NCBI RefSeq assembly: GCF_009914755.1
Contig: NC_060945.1
Source: the human T2T-CHM13v2.0 reference genome, Homo sapiens
Strand: one strand, 5' to 3'
Length of the DNA: 64,000 nucleotides
The translations under genes were made by a program, and so were the position numbers. Numbering within the stretch: position 1 is the stretch's first letter; each line of letters starts with the position of its first letter. Below the pieces are notes generated by a model, which was not told where the DNA came from, did not search any database, and worked only from the letters and a program-made list of their open reading frames with translations. Shown piece after piece: positions 36,721-54,548 of the stretch.

Positions 36721-38055
36721 TCTGCATAGTATGGAGTACCATTAGGTGTTTTCTGGTTTATTCACTTGTTTTATTTGTTTATTGTTTGTCTCTCCTGACT
36801 GAGAAGAGAGTCAATGAAGGAAAGGACCTTGCAGACCTTTTTCATTGTTGTATTCCTCAGTGTCTAGAGTAGTGCCTGGCATGAAGCAGATGTTCTGTAA
36901 ATGAGGATTAAATAAATAAACACAACCACCAAATGAACCTTTATGCAGCCTGGTTTACCAAGAATATCTAGTGATTTGAGGAAATTCTCAAGACATATGG
37001 TTATTAAAAACCGATTTATAATTATGTGCAGGCATATCTAATATACAATGCACAATACATATTCTATAATATATAATGTAATGCAATATATATGCCCCGT
37101 AATAATAGTATACACATATTATTATTTCCATGTGTGTGTGTCTGTATGCGTTCTCACAAAAGTAAAACTCACAGGGTTGGTGGGAAAAGAAGCTTGGGGA
37201 AGACCACAGGAAACCTATGCAACTTTGTAACAAGGGCAACTAAAAGCCACTTATTGGTTCCTGGAGAGAGAACTTGGACACCTCAGACAGGCAGCTCAAT
37301 GTGGCTAGAAGCAACACCCACAGGTTTCGGAAATAGTTTTATAACATATTAGTTCTATTCCTAGGACCCACCTCAGGTAGATTCCTTACATAATTAAAAC
37401 AATTTTATTTCATATTCAGCTCAGGAAACTGACTTGTAGAATAGAAGAAATGAGTCTTTCTGAGGCTCTGCCACTAAAAGTCTGCGTATCCTTGGATGAG
37501 TCTGATCACCTTATTGTTTTTTTCTGGTAAGGAGATTGTAGTCAATTCAAATTGCAGGATCTCTAAAGATCATCCTGACAGGTAGATTCCATGACAGTCC
37601 ATGTCATGATGCAAAGAATAATTTAATGAGGAAAACGTTCTGTGGCATCCTTTAAACATATAATTTCTATGTTGTTGCTTTGACCTGCTCATCTACAGAA
37701 GATAAGACGTTTGTTTGAAATCCTCATCCAATACAGAAAATCCCTTCCAGTGAAGTTCTAAGAGACCTTGCTTTTAGGAGGTTTTAGGAAAAGAAGGTTA
37801 TTTATTTAAAAATTATCTGAGAGATGACTAGATAATGAAGCTAATGATGTGCTCCTTTTTTTTCTGTTGTATTGTTAACAACACATGCCCTCTGGAAAAC
37901 CAAGCCAAAATTCCACCTGGAGAGAAAATCAGATCAACTAAAGTTCCTGTGAAGATTCAGTCAGTAGTAAAGAGGACATCTCATGTTCCCTGTCATTCTT
38001 CAGCCTGTACAATTATCCTGCTCTAAATAAGCAGATCTTGGATTACCCGACTTCA

Positions 38056-38445
<390 letters not shown>

Positions 38446-39106
38446 TCATGTAGGGAAATGGGTACACTTTTCCTTGAGTTAAAAATGTAGATTATATTCA
38501 TGTAAGCACATCTTTTTCAGTTAAACAAATATTTTTGCATGTGGCATTTTCTACAACAAAGGTTTTTCTTTCCTTTTCTTAAATTCAAATGTATAACTGT
38601 GAAACACTTTATCTGCTACTTCTATGAAAATGTTTTGAATTAAAAATTACAAGATAAAAGGCAATTTAATTAATAGAAAGTAACTAGTCTATACTGGACA
38701 ATCACGCACTTTTGGTGAACACACTGGCAGCAATTGATCAATTGTTTAACTCTCTCTGTAAAATCTAGGACGACAATGGAGGTTACATCACGTTGCAGCA
38801 TGAATGTAAGTTTAATACCATGTACATGAAGGTTTACCATGAATGTGGAAGAACCGAAGAGAAGGAGAAGGGAAAGGGCATGCAGAGCATAAACCAGGAA
38901 AGGAAACATCAGGTGAACAGATCTAGAGTAAAAAAGAACAAGCTGACTACAGAAACCAAAATGCCATTTCCAACATTAACCCAGTCAGTGCCATTCCTGA
39001 GTAGGAAGGAGAGGGTAGGAAATGGGAAGCAACAGTTAATCCGCTCTGGCATTCCAAGACCCAGCTCGGTGCATGCAGAAATCTTCTTCTCCACTATAAT
39101 GAGTTA

Positions 39107-39508
<402 letters not shown>

Positions 39509-39823
39509 TCATGTCTAGGGGGTAAATGTCGTAGTTGTTAAACATTACCAAAAAGGTCTGGTTTTCCTGATAAAGCAAAACGTTAATCAGAACAAGAGTT
39601 CACTGTTTTCAAAACAGGTAAGCACAGTGTTAGCAAGCTTTCATCAACTGTTTCTATATTTCCTGATTGACTTAAGAGGAATGGTAATACAACTCAGATG
39701 TTCAGGTTAAACAATGACAGCTCCTAAGAAGTCCTTAATTTAAAACTGGTGTTTCCTCACACAAAGTTATAAACAGACGGAAAATCCACACCCGCTCACT
39801 CCCACAAACAGTCACTTTATCTG

Positions 39824-39891
39824 TTAGGTTGGTGCAAAAGTGATTGCAAAAAGTAATGGCAAAAACAGCAATTACTTTTGCACCAACCTAA
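39824..39891. mobile_element. MADE1 (Hsmar1-derived MITE), internally shortened
   Basis: ttaggttggtgcaaaagtgattgc ... gcaattacttttgcaccaacctaa, 24-bp inverted repeats with one mismatch; TA on the right flank. Confidence 0.93.
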
Positions 39892-40175
39892 TACTTCCTC
39901 AAGTTATTTGGGGTTTTCTCACTAGGGAATTCTTTACAGGAATAAAGGAAACTACTGAGAGATTGATGACCTCATCTTCATCATTTTCTCATAAGAAATC
40001 CTCTTTTAATAACTTTAATTACAAATAGTAATTGCATGCAAACTTCCATGAAGTCTCTGAGAATGGGTAGAAGCTAAATAAAGTTTGTATTAAATGCCGT
40101 GTATTAAAAACCTCTAAAGATATCTTAAGTAGGGTACTTAAGCATGTTTTAAATCTCTCTAAAAGTATCTTAAGT

Positions 40176-40292
40176 AGGCTGGCCATATAATTTAACATCC
40201 AACCTGGGACACTTTTGAGGCTGAAACAGAAAGGACTAATAATTATGCCAAGAGAACAGGCATGACCCAGAACTATCGCAGGCAAACTAGGA
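40176..40292. mobile_element. hAT-Blackjack-type MITE (MER94/MER81-like)
   Basis: ggccatataatttaacatccaacctgggacacttttgag...taataattatgcc. Confidence 0.5.
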
Positions 40293-42633
40293 TCTTAATC
40301 TTAGAGAAGTCTCCATAGAAATTTTCAGTATGTTTACATAGATCAAATTTTCATATTCCATTATTTTTCTATCATCCATATGGTTTTTTCTCTTATATAG
40401 TAATAGTTACAAATGCATGTTTCTTTTATATATGTTTTTCCATTTATAAAAAGAAATACATGCATATTAAAGGAAATGTATGAAAATCAGAAGAAAAGTT
40501 ACCAATAGGTCAGCCAGCCTCAGGCATACAAATCAACACTGTGACACATTTTTTCTAGGCATAAGTGGGTCATTTTGACATAATTGCAATCACATGCCAC
40601 AGGATTTCTGAGTCTGGTAAGAGACCTTGCTGGAGGGGACATCTTTTGTTTTTTAAAAGAATTTTTGTGTTCAATTAAAGGGTTGTCCCATAATGAAAGA
40701 TAAGAATGAGTAGATTTTTTTTAGTTTTTGATTTTATTATAAAAGTAATGAATCTCCATTGTTGAATATCTTTTTTGTTGAAAATTGGAAAGTATTATAA
40801 ACAAAAAGAAAGGAGGCAAGCAAAATTAGGATAGCTTGCAATTCCATCAGGGAAAGGTGACAGTTAATGGTTAATAGTACCAGACACCTTTGAGGAAAGT
40901 GCCACTCATTCCCCCAGAACCTTGGGGCCTAGTTCTTGGTCAGGGAGGCCAGTTATGTAGGGTCTTCATGGTGATGGGGCTGTGCTGCAGCTCTTCCCTC
41001 CACCCCCTACTCCTTTCCAAATTCCTGAATCTCACTTCTTCATTCCAGCTCATGTTTCAGGTGGCTGGAGAAGTCCCTGGAGTTTGTTTCCTCCAGGCTA
41101 TGCTCATAAGTAGCATATTGCAGTGTCCTTGGGTTGTAAGCATTTTGTCTCTTACTATCAGAGATGAAAAAGACAACTTTAAAATATTAAAATGAAAAAT
41201 TGATGCTTTTGTCTTTAACGCACTGCAGACGTTGCCTCATCACATCCTGTGTTTAATTTTACAGAGAAGTTAGATGTCATCATGATTGCTATTCATTGTC
41301 CATGATCAGTCATTAATACTTAGGAGTACTGGAGTTATTTCACGTGTCCTTTATAATTCCATGGTTTTTGTAAAATGTGTTTAGCTGTAGATTTCTTTTC
41401 ACTGGTTTTTACATTAAGCTCTGAAAACTCAAGTGTTTAGAAAAATGTTCTTCAGTTATACTTCTCTTTTTGTAGGTAAATTTTACATACAGTGAAATAT
41501 ACAGATCTTAAGTGTACAGCTTAGTTTTGCTAAATATATACACACCAGAGTAACCACAAAAACGATCAAGATATAAAACATTTCCATTACCAAAATTCCT
41601 TAAGTGCTCCTTTCAATAAATCCACATCCAACAGAGATCACTGCTCTGATTCCTCTTAGGATGTGCTGGTTTTGCCTGTGCTTGAGCTTAGAAGAAACAT
41701 AATAATAGAGTATGCACGCTTTATATGTGCATATATATCATCATAATCAGAGTACACTTAGAATATAATTAGAAGATGTAACTTTGGAACAGTACTATTA
41801 TCTAACTCACTGTCCACAGCAAAATTCTGTCCATTGACCGCTAATATCCCTCGTCACTGTTTTTTTTCCAGAGCAGTCCGTATCACCCATTATTTATGTT
41901 TCATGTCATTTCAGCCTCTTTTCATCTGGAACATTCTTCAGCCTCTTTTGTGTTTCTTGACTTTTACATTTTTGAAGAGTAATTTTGTAGTCAGTTGCTG
42001 AAATTGGGTTTGTCTCATATTTCCTCATGACTAAACGCAGGTTGTATATTTTTCCCAGAAATACCGTGGAAGGCACGTGTTTTATGTGCCTATTGGCCAT
42101 CCGTGTGTTTCCTTTAGTGGGTGTCTGCTCAAATCTTTGGCCATTGTTATATTAGACTGTTTGCCTTTTTGTTTTTGATTTGTTGTGGAATACAACAATT
42201 GAAATACAAGGAAATATATATATAGTATCTATGTCAGATATCTTATAATGATCTGATACATTTGTAAGATTCCTATAGAGATTATATATAATATCTGTCA
42301 ACATATATATGACACATATATTTGTGTGTGTATAAAATATTTTATCCCAGTCTGTGGTTGCCTTTTTCTTTTCTTAATAATGTATTTGTGTTGACATTTA
42401 ATGCTTTCTGTGTCCTAAGAAATCGTCACCTATTCGCAAATCATGAAGAATTATTCTGTTTTCTTTTGGAGACTGTGTTGCTTTATACTTTATATTCAAT
42501 TCTATACGGATAGCAACTTAATTTTGTGTGGATATGAAGTGTGATGTAGGGATTAATACTCATTTTTTTGCCATACATTTATTGAGTTGTTTCAGTGTTA
42601 ATTTGTTGAAAAGGTACATATAGTATGTGTATA

Positions 42634-42671
<38 letters not shown>

Positions 42672-42687
<16 letters not shown>

Positions 42688-42897
42688 GAGACAGTGTCTC
42701 TCTCCCTCTGTTGTCCTTGGTGTGGCACAATCTCCCAAGTAGCTGGGACTGCAGGTGCACACCACGCCTTTTTTTTTTTTTTTTTTTTTTTGTAGAGACA
42801 AAGTTTTGCCATGTTTCCCAGGCTGGCCTCAAACTCCTGGGCTAAGGGCCTCAGCCTCCCAAAGGGCTAGGATTACAGGCACAAGCCACCATGCCTC
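42672..42897 (-). mobile_element. Degenerate AluJ preceded by a (TG)n(TA)n microsatellite
   Basis: Reverse Alu with internal deletions. Confidence 0.8.
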
Positions 42898-43837
42898 AGT
42901 TTTGCTTGAAATCACATTAATCGTTTTAGAGAGAATTGTTAACTTAGGAATATTTAGTTTTCTAATCCTTGAATATGGTATATCTTTTCAATTTTTTAGG
43001 TTATTTCAATTTTATATTAGCAGAGTTTTGTATTTTTGTATGTTGAAATCTTTCACGTTTGTTTAAAATATATTCCTATCTTATGTTTTATGTTATTGTA
43101 AATGAAAGTTTCAAAATATTAGTTTCCAATTGTTTGTTCTGAGTATATAGAAATAAAATTGCATTTTGTGTATCATTCTTATATCCAATGACTTTTTAAA
43201 CTCTCTTTTAGAAATTGCTTTATTGTTTTCTTGGCATATTCTTTGTAAACAACAATGCCTGTAATTAAGACAGCTGAAATTTTTCCTTTCCAAACTCCAT
43301 CCATTTTATTTCTACTCAAGCCTAACTAGGGCTGCTAGTATAATGTTGAATGGAAGTGGTGGATGTGGGCATCCTTGATTTGGTCTCAATCTTAAATGAA
43401 AAACATTTAGTGTTTAACCAGGAAGTATGATTTTAGCTGTAGATTGTTCAGGATGCCACTCATTAGGTCAAGGAAGCTCTCTAGAGTCTCAGTTTGCTAG
43501 AAATTCTTTATGCTGAATGGATGCAAGTTTCATCAAATGATTTTTTCTGTATATATTGAGATAATCAATTGGATTTGCTCCCTTATTCTATTAACATAGT
43601 GACTTACACGGATTAGATTTTTAATGTTCTTCCAATCTTGCATTATAAGATAAGCTCCAATTGATTTACACACACACACACACAATCTATATGTATATCA
43701 ATGTGTGTGTATATGTTTTAAATTATCTCTGCTAAAAGTTAAGATTGCAGTACTTTATGTGAAATGTAAGAACCCTGCAACAAATAATTCTGCCCTTTGT
43801 GTTATTACATCTATTATATTTACTCTATAATAAAGTG

Positions 43838-44222
43838 TTATTTTATTTTACTTTATTTTATTTATTATTATTTTATTTCATTTTATTTTATTTTTTATTT
43901 TATTATTTTATTTCATTTTATTTATTTTATTTTATTTTATTTTTAGAGATGGAGTCTCACTCTGTCACCCAGGCTGGAGTGCAGTAGCAGGATCTCGGCT
44001 CACTGCAACCTCCACCTCCTGGGTTCAAGCTGTTCTCCTGCCTCTGCCTGTAGCTGGGATTACAGGCACATGCCACCACACCTGGCTAGTTTTTGTATTT
44101 TTAGCAGAGACAGGATTTTGCCATGTTGGCCAGGCTGGTCTCAAACTCCTGACCTCGAGTGAGCCGCCTGTCTCGGCTTCCTAAAATGCTGGGATTACAG
44201 GCGTGAGCGACAGCACATGGCC
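43838..44222 (-). mobile_element. AluS element with expanded (TTTTA)n tail
   Basis: Reverse dimer with ~100-bp AT-rich tail. Confidence 0.92.
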
Positions 44223-46889
44223 AAGTGTGGTAATTTTATAATGTTATAATCATCAATTGTTTAAAGAAATTAAAAAAGAAAACACAATTTTGCTAAATAT
44301 TTACTAATATATTTACCATTTCTCATGGTATTTGTTCTTATAGATATGTCTCCATTTTATGTTCCATTTCTGTTCCATGTTATCTATATCCTGTAGATAT
44401 AAATGTCCATTCTCTATATCCGGCATGACTTCATTTATCATTTATTAATGTGCAGGGCTGCTGACATTATATTCTTTCACCTCTTTATTACTGAAAATAT
44501 CTTTATTTTTCCTTAATTTTTAAAGCCTGTTGTTGTTGGGTTTTTTGCTACAGAAGTCTGCGTTGGCAGGGCTGTGTCTTTGTTTTTCGTTTTCTTTTCA
44601 ACATTTTAAAGATGTTGCTCCATTGTCTCCTGTCCTCCAAAATATCCGATGAATCATCTACCATTTGTTATTGATGTCCTCATTATGTAATATTTTTCCT
44701 CCCTCAGATTTTTAAGTTTTTCTCTTTATCTTCGGTTTTCAGCAGCTTAACTCTGATGTACTGACATAGAATTTTCTTTGTGTTTATTTTTGGAGTTTGC
44801 TGAGTTTCTTAGATCTGCAACCTTACTTTTATACCAAAGTCGATAAAACTAAGGTCATTATCTCTGAATACTTTTTTCTTCTGCATTCCGTATCTCCTAT
44901 TTTTCTGGGCCTCTAGTCATATGTGTGTGTCACGTTATCTGATGATGTCCTACTTGTCACTGAAGCTCTAATCATTTTCTTTGCAGTCTTCTTTCTCTCC
45001 ATGCTTCAGATTGAATAATTTTCTAAGATTTATCTTCAAGTTCACTGATACTTTCTTCTTCCTTCTCTAATCTTGTATTAAACAAATATGGTGATTTTTT
45101 TTCATTTCTACAGACTGTTTTCTACAGTTTCAATTTCTCTGTTGGTCTTTCCCATACGTTCACTCTTTCAGTCCATATTTTCCTGTAAGTTATTGAACAT
45201 ATTTTAAATAGCATCTGTAAAGTCCTTGTTTGCCAGTTCTAACATCTGGGTCCTCTCATGATTTGTTTCTATCGTTTGCTTTGTCTTTTGTCCTTTGGGT
45301 GCAGAGTCCTGTTTTTTGTATGTCTCATTTTTATTGCACATTTGTATTCTCACTCCCCATTTTTGGAGTTCAGATGTGTCCTCAGTGGAAGAGGACACTC
45401 CCCAACTTGATTTTGGTGTCTCTCAAATGTCTATATATACTTTTGCTTTTCCCAAAGTTTCTTGTTTTTATCATCTTGGGAGTTAGGCTGATATATGCTA
45501 TTTTACCATTCCCAGAACTGGAAACTTTTATTATTCTTTTTTAAAATCATTCCATTTTTCAGGTATTATGGTTTTATCCTGAACTTATAATTATTAAATT
45601 CCATTTTATAGCCTCATAGGAAATATTCTCAGATTCTCCATTGTATCTATCCTCAGTCCTAGTTCACAGTATTGCAAATTTTTATAATTTTACTTTAATC
45701 CATCGCTATTTCAGTGAGAATAATGGGAGTGTTTTTGTTTTCCAGAGGAAATTAGCCAGACACTCTTTTAAAGCAGGTACTAGATATGTATTTGTAATTC
45801 CATTTCTGCTTTCTTTGCTACATTAGCACTGTCATCTCTCAGAAGAGAGAAAAAAAAAAGTGAAGCTTCTTGTCCTGAATGGAAGCTGACATGCGACAAA
45901 TAAATCTGCGAGTGTGCTGGCGGTGCGCCTCGGCCCCCTTTTTAGTTCAAGTGACAGGCTCTTTTGGAGATGAAAGCAGACATTATTTTCCCAGGGAGAC
46001 CTGAGTGTCTTTGAAATCTTTCTTGCTGTCACTCTGATAACCTGAACTCTTCTGACATCGTTATGGATCATCAATATGGTCTTTAGGTTTTCTTAGTTGC
46101 ACCAAATGGTTGCCGGGGTAACTGGGCCTAGACAGGTAATTTCTCCTTTTTCTACAAAGAATCTAAAAATAGTGACTATGTAAGGACTAGAGTGCATCAT
46201 CATTAGCAAACTGGTTCTGCACAAATTGATTACTTTCTGCACTTAATTATTATACGGAACACAGTGTCAGGCATTTAATATGAATACCATGCCTTCAGCT
46301 AATTTCACCTCTGCTTTAAAAATCTCACTGTCTGCAATGAAACGATTGAATCAAAATAGGAATCTCATTGCTAAACCTGCTACTTCTTAAAAAATTAGCT
46401 AAGGTTAAAAAAGAATGACAGAAATATGGTCTTATAATCAAGATATATTTAAACTTACTTTCACATATTAGTGTGTTTTCTTTGTACTCCCTTTAGGCTA
46501 TATCAAAATCATTTTATTATTTTAATCAATTGATATCAGATGAATTTTAAATTATATATGGACATAATTTCCAACAAGACACACAAATACATAGATAGAA
46601 GCTAGTTCAATCAGGTAGTGATAAATATATGTTGCCTGTGATAGCTTCTTTCTCTGGCTGACTGATAAGCTTTAAGATTTAGTATGCAGTAACCAGTTAA
46701 AAAAAAGCAAATCGTATCACATATCCAAAACCTGTTATTATACCACAAAATAATTCCTCACAAATTTCATTTACTTAAATCTGAGAACATTTGGATGGAA
46801 CTAGGGACAACTGCACCAAACAGATGCCATATTTTCATTCTACCAACCACTGTACTGACATTTTGCTCTGCATTTTCAATCTGAAGTTG

Positions 46890-47055
46890 TACTTCTCCAC
46901 TGGAGGCTATTGCCCCCACCCCACCCAGCAAACACCTGGCAATGTCTGGAGACATTTTTGGTTGTAACAACTTGGAGGAAGGTGCTCCTAGCATACATCT
47001 AGTGGAAAGGGGCCAGAGATGCTGCCAAAGATCCTATAACACATAAAAAAGTTTC
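46890..47055. mobile_element. MER20 hAT MITE
   Basis: tggcaatgtctggagacatttttggttgt..caac...catctagtgg...ggccagagatgctgc. Confidence 0.8.
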
Positions 47056-47061
47056 CCAAGA

Positions 47062-47375
<314 letters not shown>

Positions 47376-47607
47376 CTAGAGATGAATAATCAACAAAACT
47401 GTTAAGTGTCAAGTTTCTTCTAAGATTTAAACCCTGGCAGATAACTTCTAATGCACAAGTGGGCAACATTTATGTTACTTTACATTACTTCTAATATGAA
47501 ACAATTTTATTTTCGTCAGAACTTTCTCTCCCATTTGCCTGATTTAGCTTGAAAAATTAGGGTAGAGTACTAGCTGGTGAGACAGAGAGCCTAGAACTGA
47601 GCGATCA

Positions 47608-49438
<1,831 letters not shown>

Positions 49439-49594
49439 TCACAGAGGAGCATTTTGTTTGGGAACATCCTCTTCGCTATTTTTTATTTCTGGCTTTATTT
49501 CTCTTTGCAACAAATGCAATAATGTTGGTCAAACTGCCTTCTCAGGAGTCTCTGTGAGGATGTTGATATAAATCCACTGACAATAAGAGATACA

Positions 49595-49921
<327 letters not shown>

Positions 49922-50780
49922 CTAAGTATTGATCATATAAATCCTAATTTGCCTTGTCCCAAGGTGGCACTGGTGGGTTTGCCCTGGGCCATTCTCACAC
50001 ACATGTATGACATATGTGGTTTACCCAGGGCCAATAACACACAATTGTGAGGAAAAAAAAAACAAAAACAGGTTGGTATTAGAATTTGTGACCACGAAAC
50101 AGAGTTTTTCTTTAAAATGGGGCTGAGTGATTTAGACAGGGAAGAAACTCTCATCCTCGCCTTGCTATGTTTTCAATTCAACAACCTTAATCCAATGTAG
50201 AAAACATTTACTGAGCATCTGTCATATGCCAAGGATGAGGTTAAACTCACAGGCAAGAAAAATGGAATAATATTTGTGGTGCAGCTAGCTTGTGCTATAA
50301 AATTATCGACTATCTTTCATACATCATTTAAGTCAGTCTTCTCCTAATCCTGTAATTTTTGTGTTATCTCTATTTTACAAAACAGAAAATAGTTATTGAG
50401 AGCGCTTAAATAACTCAGCCAAATCCAATCAACAGGTAAATGGCAAATCAAAACAAAACAAAACAAAATTTTTGGTGAAAGACCTACAGTTACAGATTTT
50501 TAAAGGTCAGAAAGTGCTGAGCAGAGAAAATCTGATGAAAATCCTGTCTAGTCATATTACAAATTATGGAAAACGAAAAATAAAGAGAAATTCTTTAAAG
50601 CAGACAGCAAAAATGGCAAATGACATACAGAGAAACAAAGATCTGAATGACCTCTGATTGTTTAGCAGAAGCAAATGGAGGCCAGAAGACATATAAATAT
50701 ATCTTTTAAATTAACAAACATCTCTTGTAGATGGCAGATGGCTAAGATTTGCTTTTTAATCCATTCTGGTAATCTTCTCC

Positions 50781-51213
50781 TATTATTATTATTATTATTT
50801 ATTTCACTTTAAGTTCTGGGATACATGCGCTGAACCTACAGGTTTGTTTACACCTTATACGAAAATTAACTCAAGATGGATTAAAGACTTAAATGTAAAA
50901 CCTAAAACCATAGAAACGCTAGAAGAAAACCTAGTCAATACCATTCAGGACATATGCATGGACAAAGACTTCATGACTAAAACACCAAAAGCAATTGCAA
51001 CAAAAGCCAAAATTGACAAATGGGATCTAATTAAACTAATAAGCTTCTACTTACTCAGCAAAAGAAACTATCAGAATGAACAGGCAACCTACAGAATGGG
51101 AGAAAATTTTTGCAATCTATCCATCTGACTAAGGTCTAATATCCAGAGTCTACAAGGAACTTAAACAAATTTACAAGGAAAAAAACAAACAACCCCATCA
51201 AAAAGTGGGTGAA
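50781..51213 (-). mobile_element. L1PA fragment: short minus-strand 3' end plus an opposite-orientation ORF2 segment (probable 5' inversion)
   Basis: (TAT)n tail + tttaagttctgggatacatg... then plus-strand [17 protein letters not shown]; no TSD found. Confidence 0.75.
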
Positions 51214-51609
51214 AAAAAAGCTTTTTTTTACCCCAGTTGTTCCTAACTTTTCATCTCACCACACTTTGTTTTCAAGGAGCTCAGTCTTCTAGGTTGATAA
51301 GACAAAGGCAATAAATGGCTGTAATAACCAACCAGAGTGATGGAGGGGCCATTAGAGACATAGCACATGTGGAGGAGGGTGGATGGGAAGAGCAGGAAAT
51401 CCACAGATATCAAGGGTGCATAGAACTGAGATCAGTCAGAATGGAAAGAGGGAATCACAGAGATTGGGAACCACATGAATTAAGGCAGGGAGCAGGGGCA
51501 TGTCTGAGAATTTCTGATTCATTTTGGATGCAACAGAGAGTCCCTGAGATTTTGGAATTAAACAAAGATAACTAAAGAAGGCATTCAAAAGTGTTTAGCA
51601 AATAAGTCA

Positions 51610-51612
<3 letters not shown>

Positions 51613-51646
<34 letters not shown>

Positions 51647-51785
51647 GGGGCCTTGCTCTGTCACCTAGGCTGGAGTGCAGTGGCACAATCATACAGAGGA
51701 GTTTCTGTAGCCTGAAACTCCTCTCCCTTTCTGCCTCAGCCTCCTGGGTAGCTGGGACTACAGACACAAGCCATCACACCCAGCA
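51613..51785 (-). mobile_element. Alu right-arm / FRAM monomer
   Basis: Poly(T) followed by a reverse monomer. Confidence 0.8.
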
Positions 51786-52762
51786 CAAACATACTTTTAA
51801 TGGAATCACTAGGTCATAGGTCTTTTGACAAATTAGGGTGAGGAAAACCCGTCATTGAAGACATTACACATGTCTAGTGTAGGTACAATTAAGATCCAAT
51901 CTAGGACAGGACAGAGGTTGAGAACAGAGCTGAGTAACTGTGAGATTCAGTTTGTATGACTTGGCAGGACATGGCAGGACTTGGCAGGATGTAGAAAGGA
52001 AAGGCTTAAAGGGCACCCAACATTTCATGTTTGCATCTGAGGGATGAGAAGGAGGAAGATGTTGATAATAATAACAAGAGCCATTTGGAAGGAAGAGGTG
52101 GTGGAGAGTTCAGTTTGGTATCCGACCCTGTTGTTTTGAAGTGCCAACTAAATTTCTGAAAGAAAGCTGGTTGACACACTTGTCTGACATTCAGGAAGGA
52201 CGCCAAGGCTGTAAGTACAGATTCAGAGCTTATTTTCAGGGGCAAGGAATTCGAAGCTCTACAAATGAAACAGAGCCTAAGGAAAAGGGAAGAGCTTGAC
52301 AAGAAGACAGTTCTGAATTTGGAGCCCAAGAGAATGCCTTCCAATAGAGAAGAGAGATAGGAACGAAGAAGCTGTTTTCTTCTGCAGTTAGAAGAAGCAG
52401 TCAGAAGGGAGGCAGAGAATATTCCAGAAGCATTGGAGAATCACCTAGATGTGGAAGAAGGGAACAATGATAAAAATAAGCACATTAAGAATAAAGGCTT
52501 TTAAAATATAGGTAGTGATAAACGCCTTTAGAGAGAAAGCAGTAACATACTCTGAGTTGAGAAGGAGACAGGAGAATGGGGAACAACACATCTTTGTGGA
52601 TGGAGGCTAAGAGAGTTGGGAAGTGTTAGATAACCAAGTATTGGGAAATAATCTTCCATGTGGAGGAAGCAACATAAGTAATGTGACTTGCAATCAGGAA
52701 AGGAATAGGTTTGTGCAGGGATTAGGAAGAAGTTAGATTTAGCAGGAATAGGTTTTTATTAA

Positions 52763-52894
52763 CCCATTTATGCCTGAGGTTGCAATTTTTTTTGAATTTT
52801 TGCAATCAGACCTTGGTGATGACCTTGCACAGTAGGATGTAAATAACTCCCACATGCTTAGTGTTCCAATAATGGAACACTAGTCATAAGTGGG
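52763..52894 (-). mobile_element. MER85 non-autonomous piggyBac (PGBD3-derived) element
   Basis: TTAA|cccatttatgcct ... agtcataagtggg termini; internal gttccaataatggaac palindrome; body matches recalled MER85 consensus. Confidence 0.9.
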
Positions 52895-54140
52895 TTTTAA
52901 TGCAAAACAATGGGAAATACAACCAGACAGATTTGCTTGAGATGCCTTCAGTACTATCCTAAGATATAAACTTTATTCAATGGAGAACAGGGAGCTAGGA
53001 GAGGTCTTTAAACACAGAAGAGACTTTGAGCCCGTGGGAATAATTCTTACTGGCTGTCCAATGCTGCATTATTTTATCCACATGATTCTTCAGCTATAGA
53101 AGTGTGACTGTGGATTTTATCATCCATTTCTTTCTAATCCCAGACTAAACATATTCAAATATTTGCAGGATTCAGGCTGGACAGCCTGTTCCAGATAGAG
53201 AGTCATTTGGATATTTAATATAAATATATTCTCTTAGGCTGGTGTTGCGCTAAGGCAGTCTACACTCAGGTTGACACTGAAGAGAAAGTTCCATAAACAG
53301 GGTTAGGGCTGGGTGGGGAGGAGGAAGTAAGAAAACACTTCTATTGTCACTGTGAGATTCTTGTGGTTAAATTTGTTCAATTTAGTTCATCAAATAAAAA
53401 TATATTTTCAAAAAAGGAGCATTATATTGGCAACTAAGACCTCCTCTCTGACCAATGCTCTGCCTCCCTTTTCTGGCCATGTGATCTTGGGTAATTCACT
53501 TTAATTTGGTTTCTGCAAGAGCAAAATTGAGGGTGGTTGAGTAGATTAGATTGTGACCCTGCGATCACATCCCTCCTTCCTCCAAATCTGCCTTCAGTAT
53601 CCTTCTGAACACATTCCTCAAGGCAGCCAAGGCAATCAATAGAAGATCAAATAAATCCATTATATTTGGAGTAGATGATCTATAATACTAGGCACAAGTC
53701 TAATATTTGGGTATGTTTGAGCCCCGTACTTTGGGTGATAATAGCCTCATTTAGAAATTTAATGGAGAAATGGTCTGGAAACAGACAAAGGACAACTGCT
53801 TTGATTGGCTACCATCACTTGTGCTGAAAGAACAATCCTACCCTCTCTCTCTGTTCATTTTTAGAGAGACTGGTTGTTGTGAATTCATCAGCTAGGAAGT
53901 GTTATCTTGAAATCATATCTTGGAAATGTAATAGTCTGTGGCCTAATGGAAATCACAGAGGTTTGGGGATCAGAAAGATTTCAAATCAAATCCGACAGCC
54001 AAGACTCTCCAGTTGTGTAACCTTGGGGAATTCATCTGAGCATTAATTTTCACATCTGTAAAATGAGGTTTCTGTTGATCTCAGCTGGACTGTTTTGGGA
54101 GTTAATGGAAAGCTACAGAGAAAACATGGAGATTTGCTTA

Positions 54141-54548
<408 letters not shown>

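Larger units (their letters stand above)
41470..45400 (-). mobile_element. Patchwork of ancient L1M fragments with Alu insertions
   Basis: Degenerate reverse L1 3'UTR, ORF2 and ORF1 motifs (e.g. gttgaatggaagtggt...gggcatccttg; ERTQMLELANKDF ORF1-like peptide). Confidence 0.7.

Noticed and set aside
51958-51991. (GACWTGGCAG)x3 short tandem repeat
   Set aside because: Simple slippage product; only NFI half-sites with no dyad
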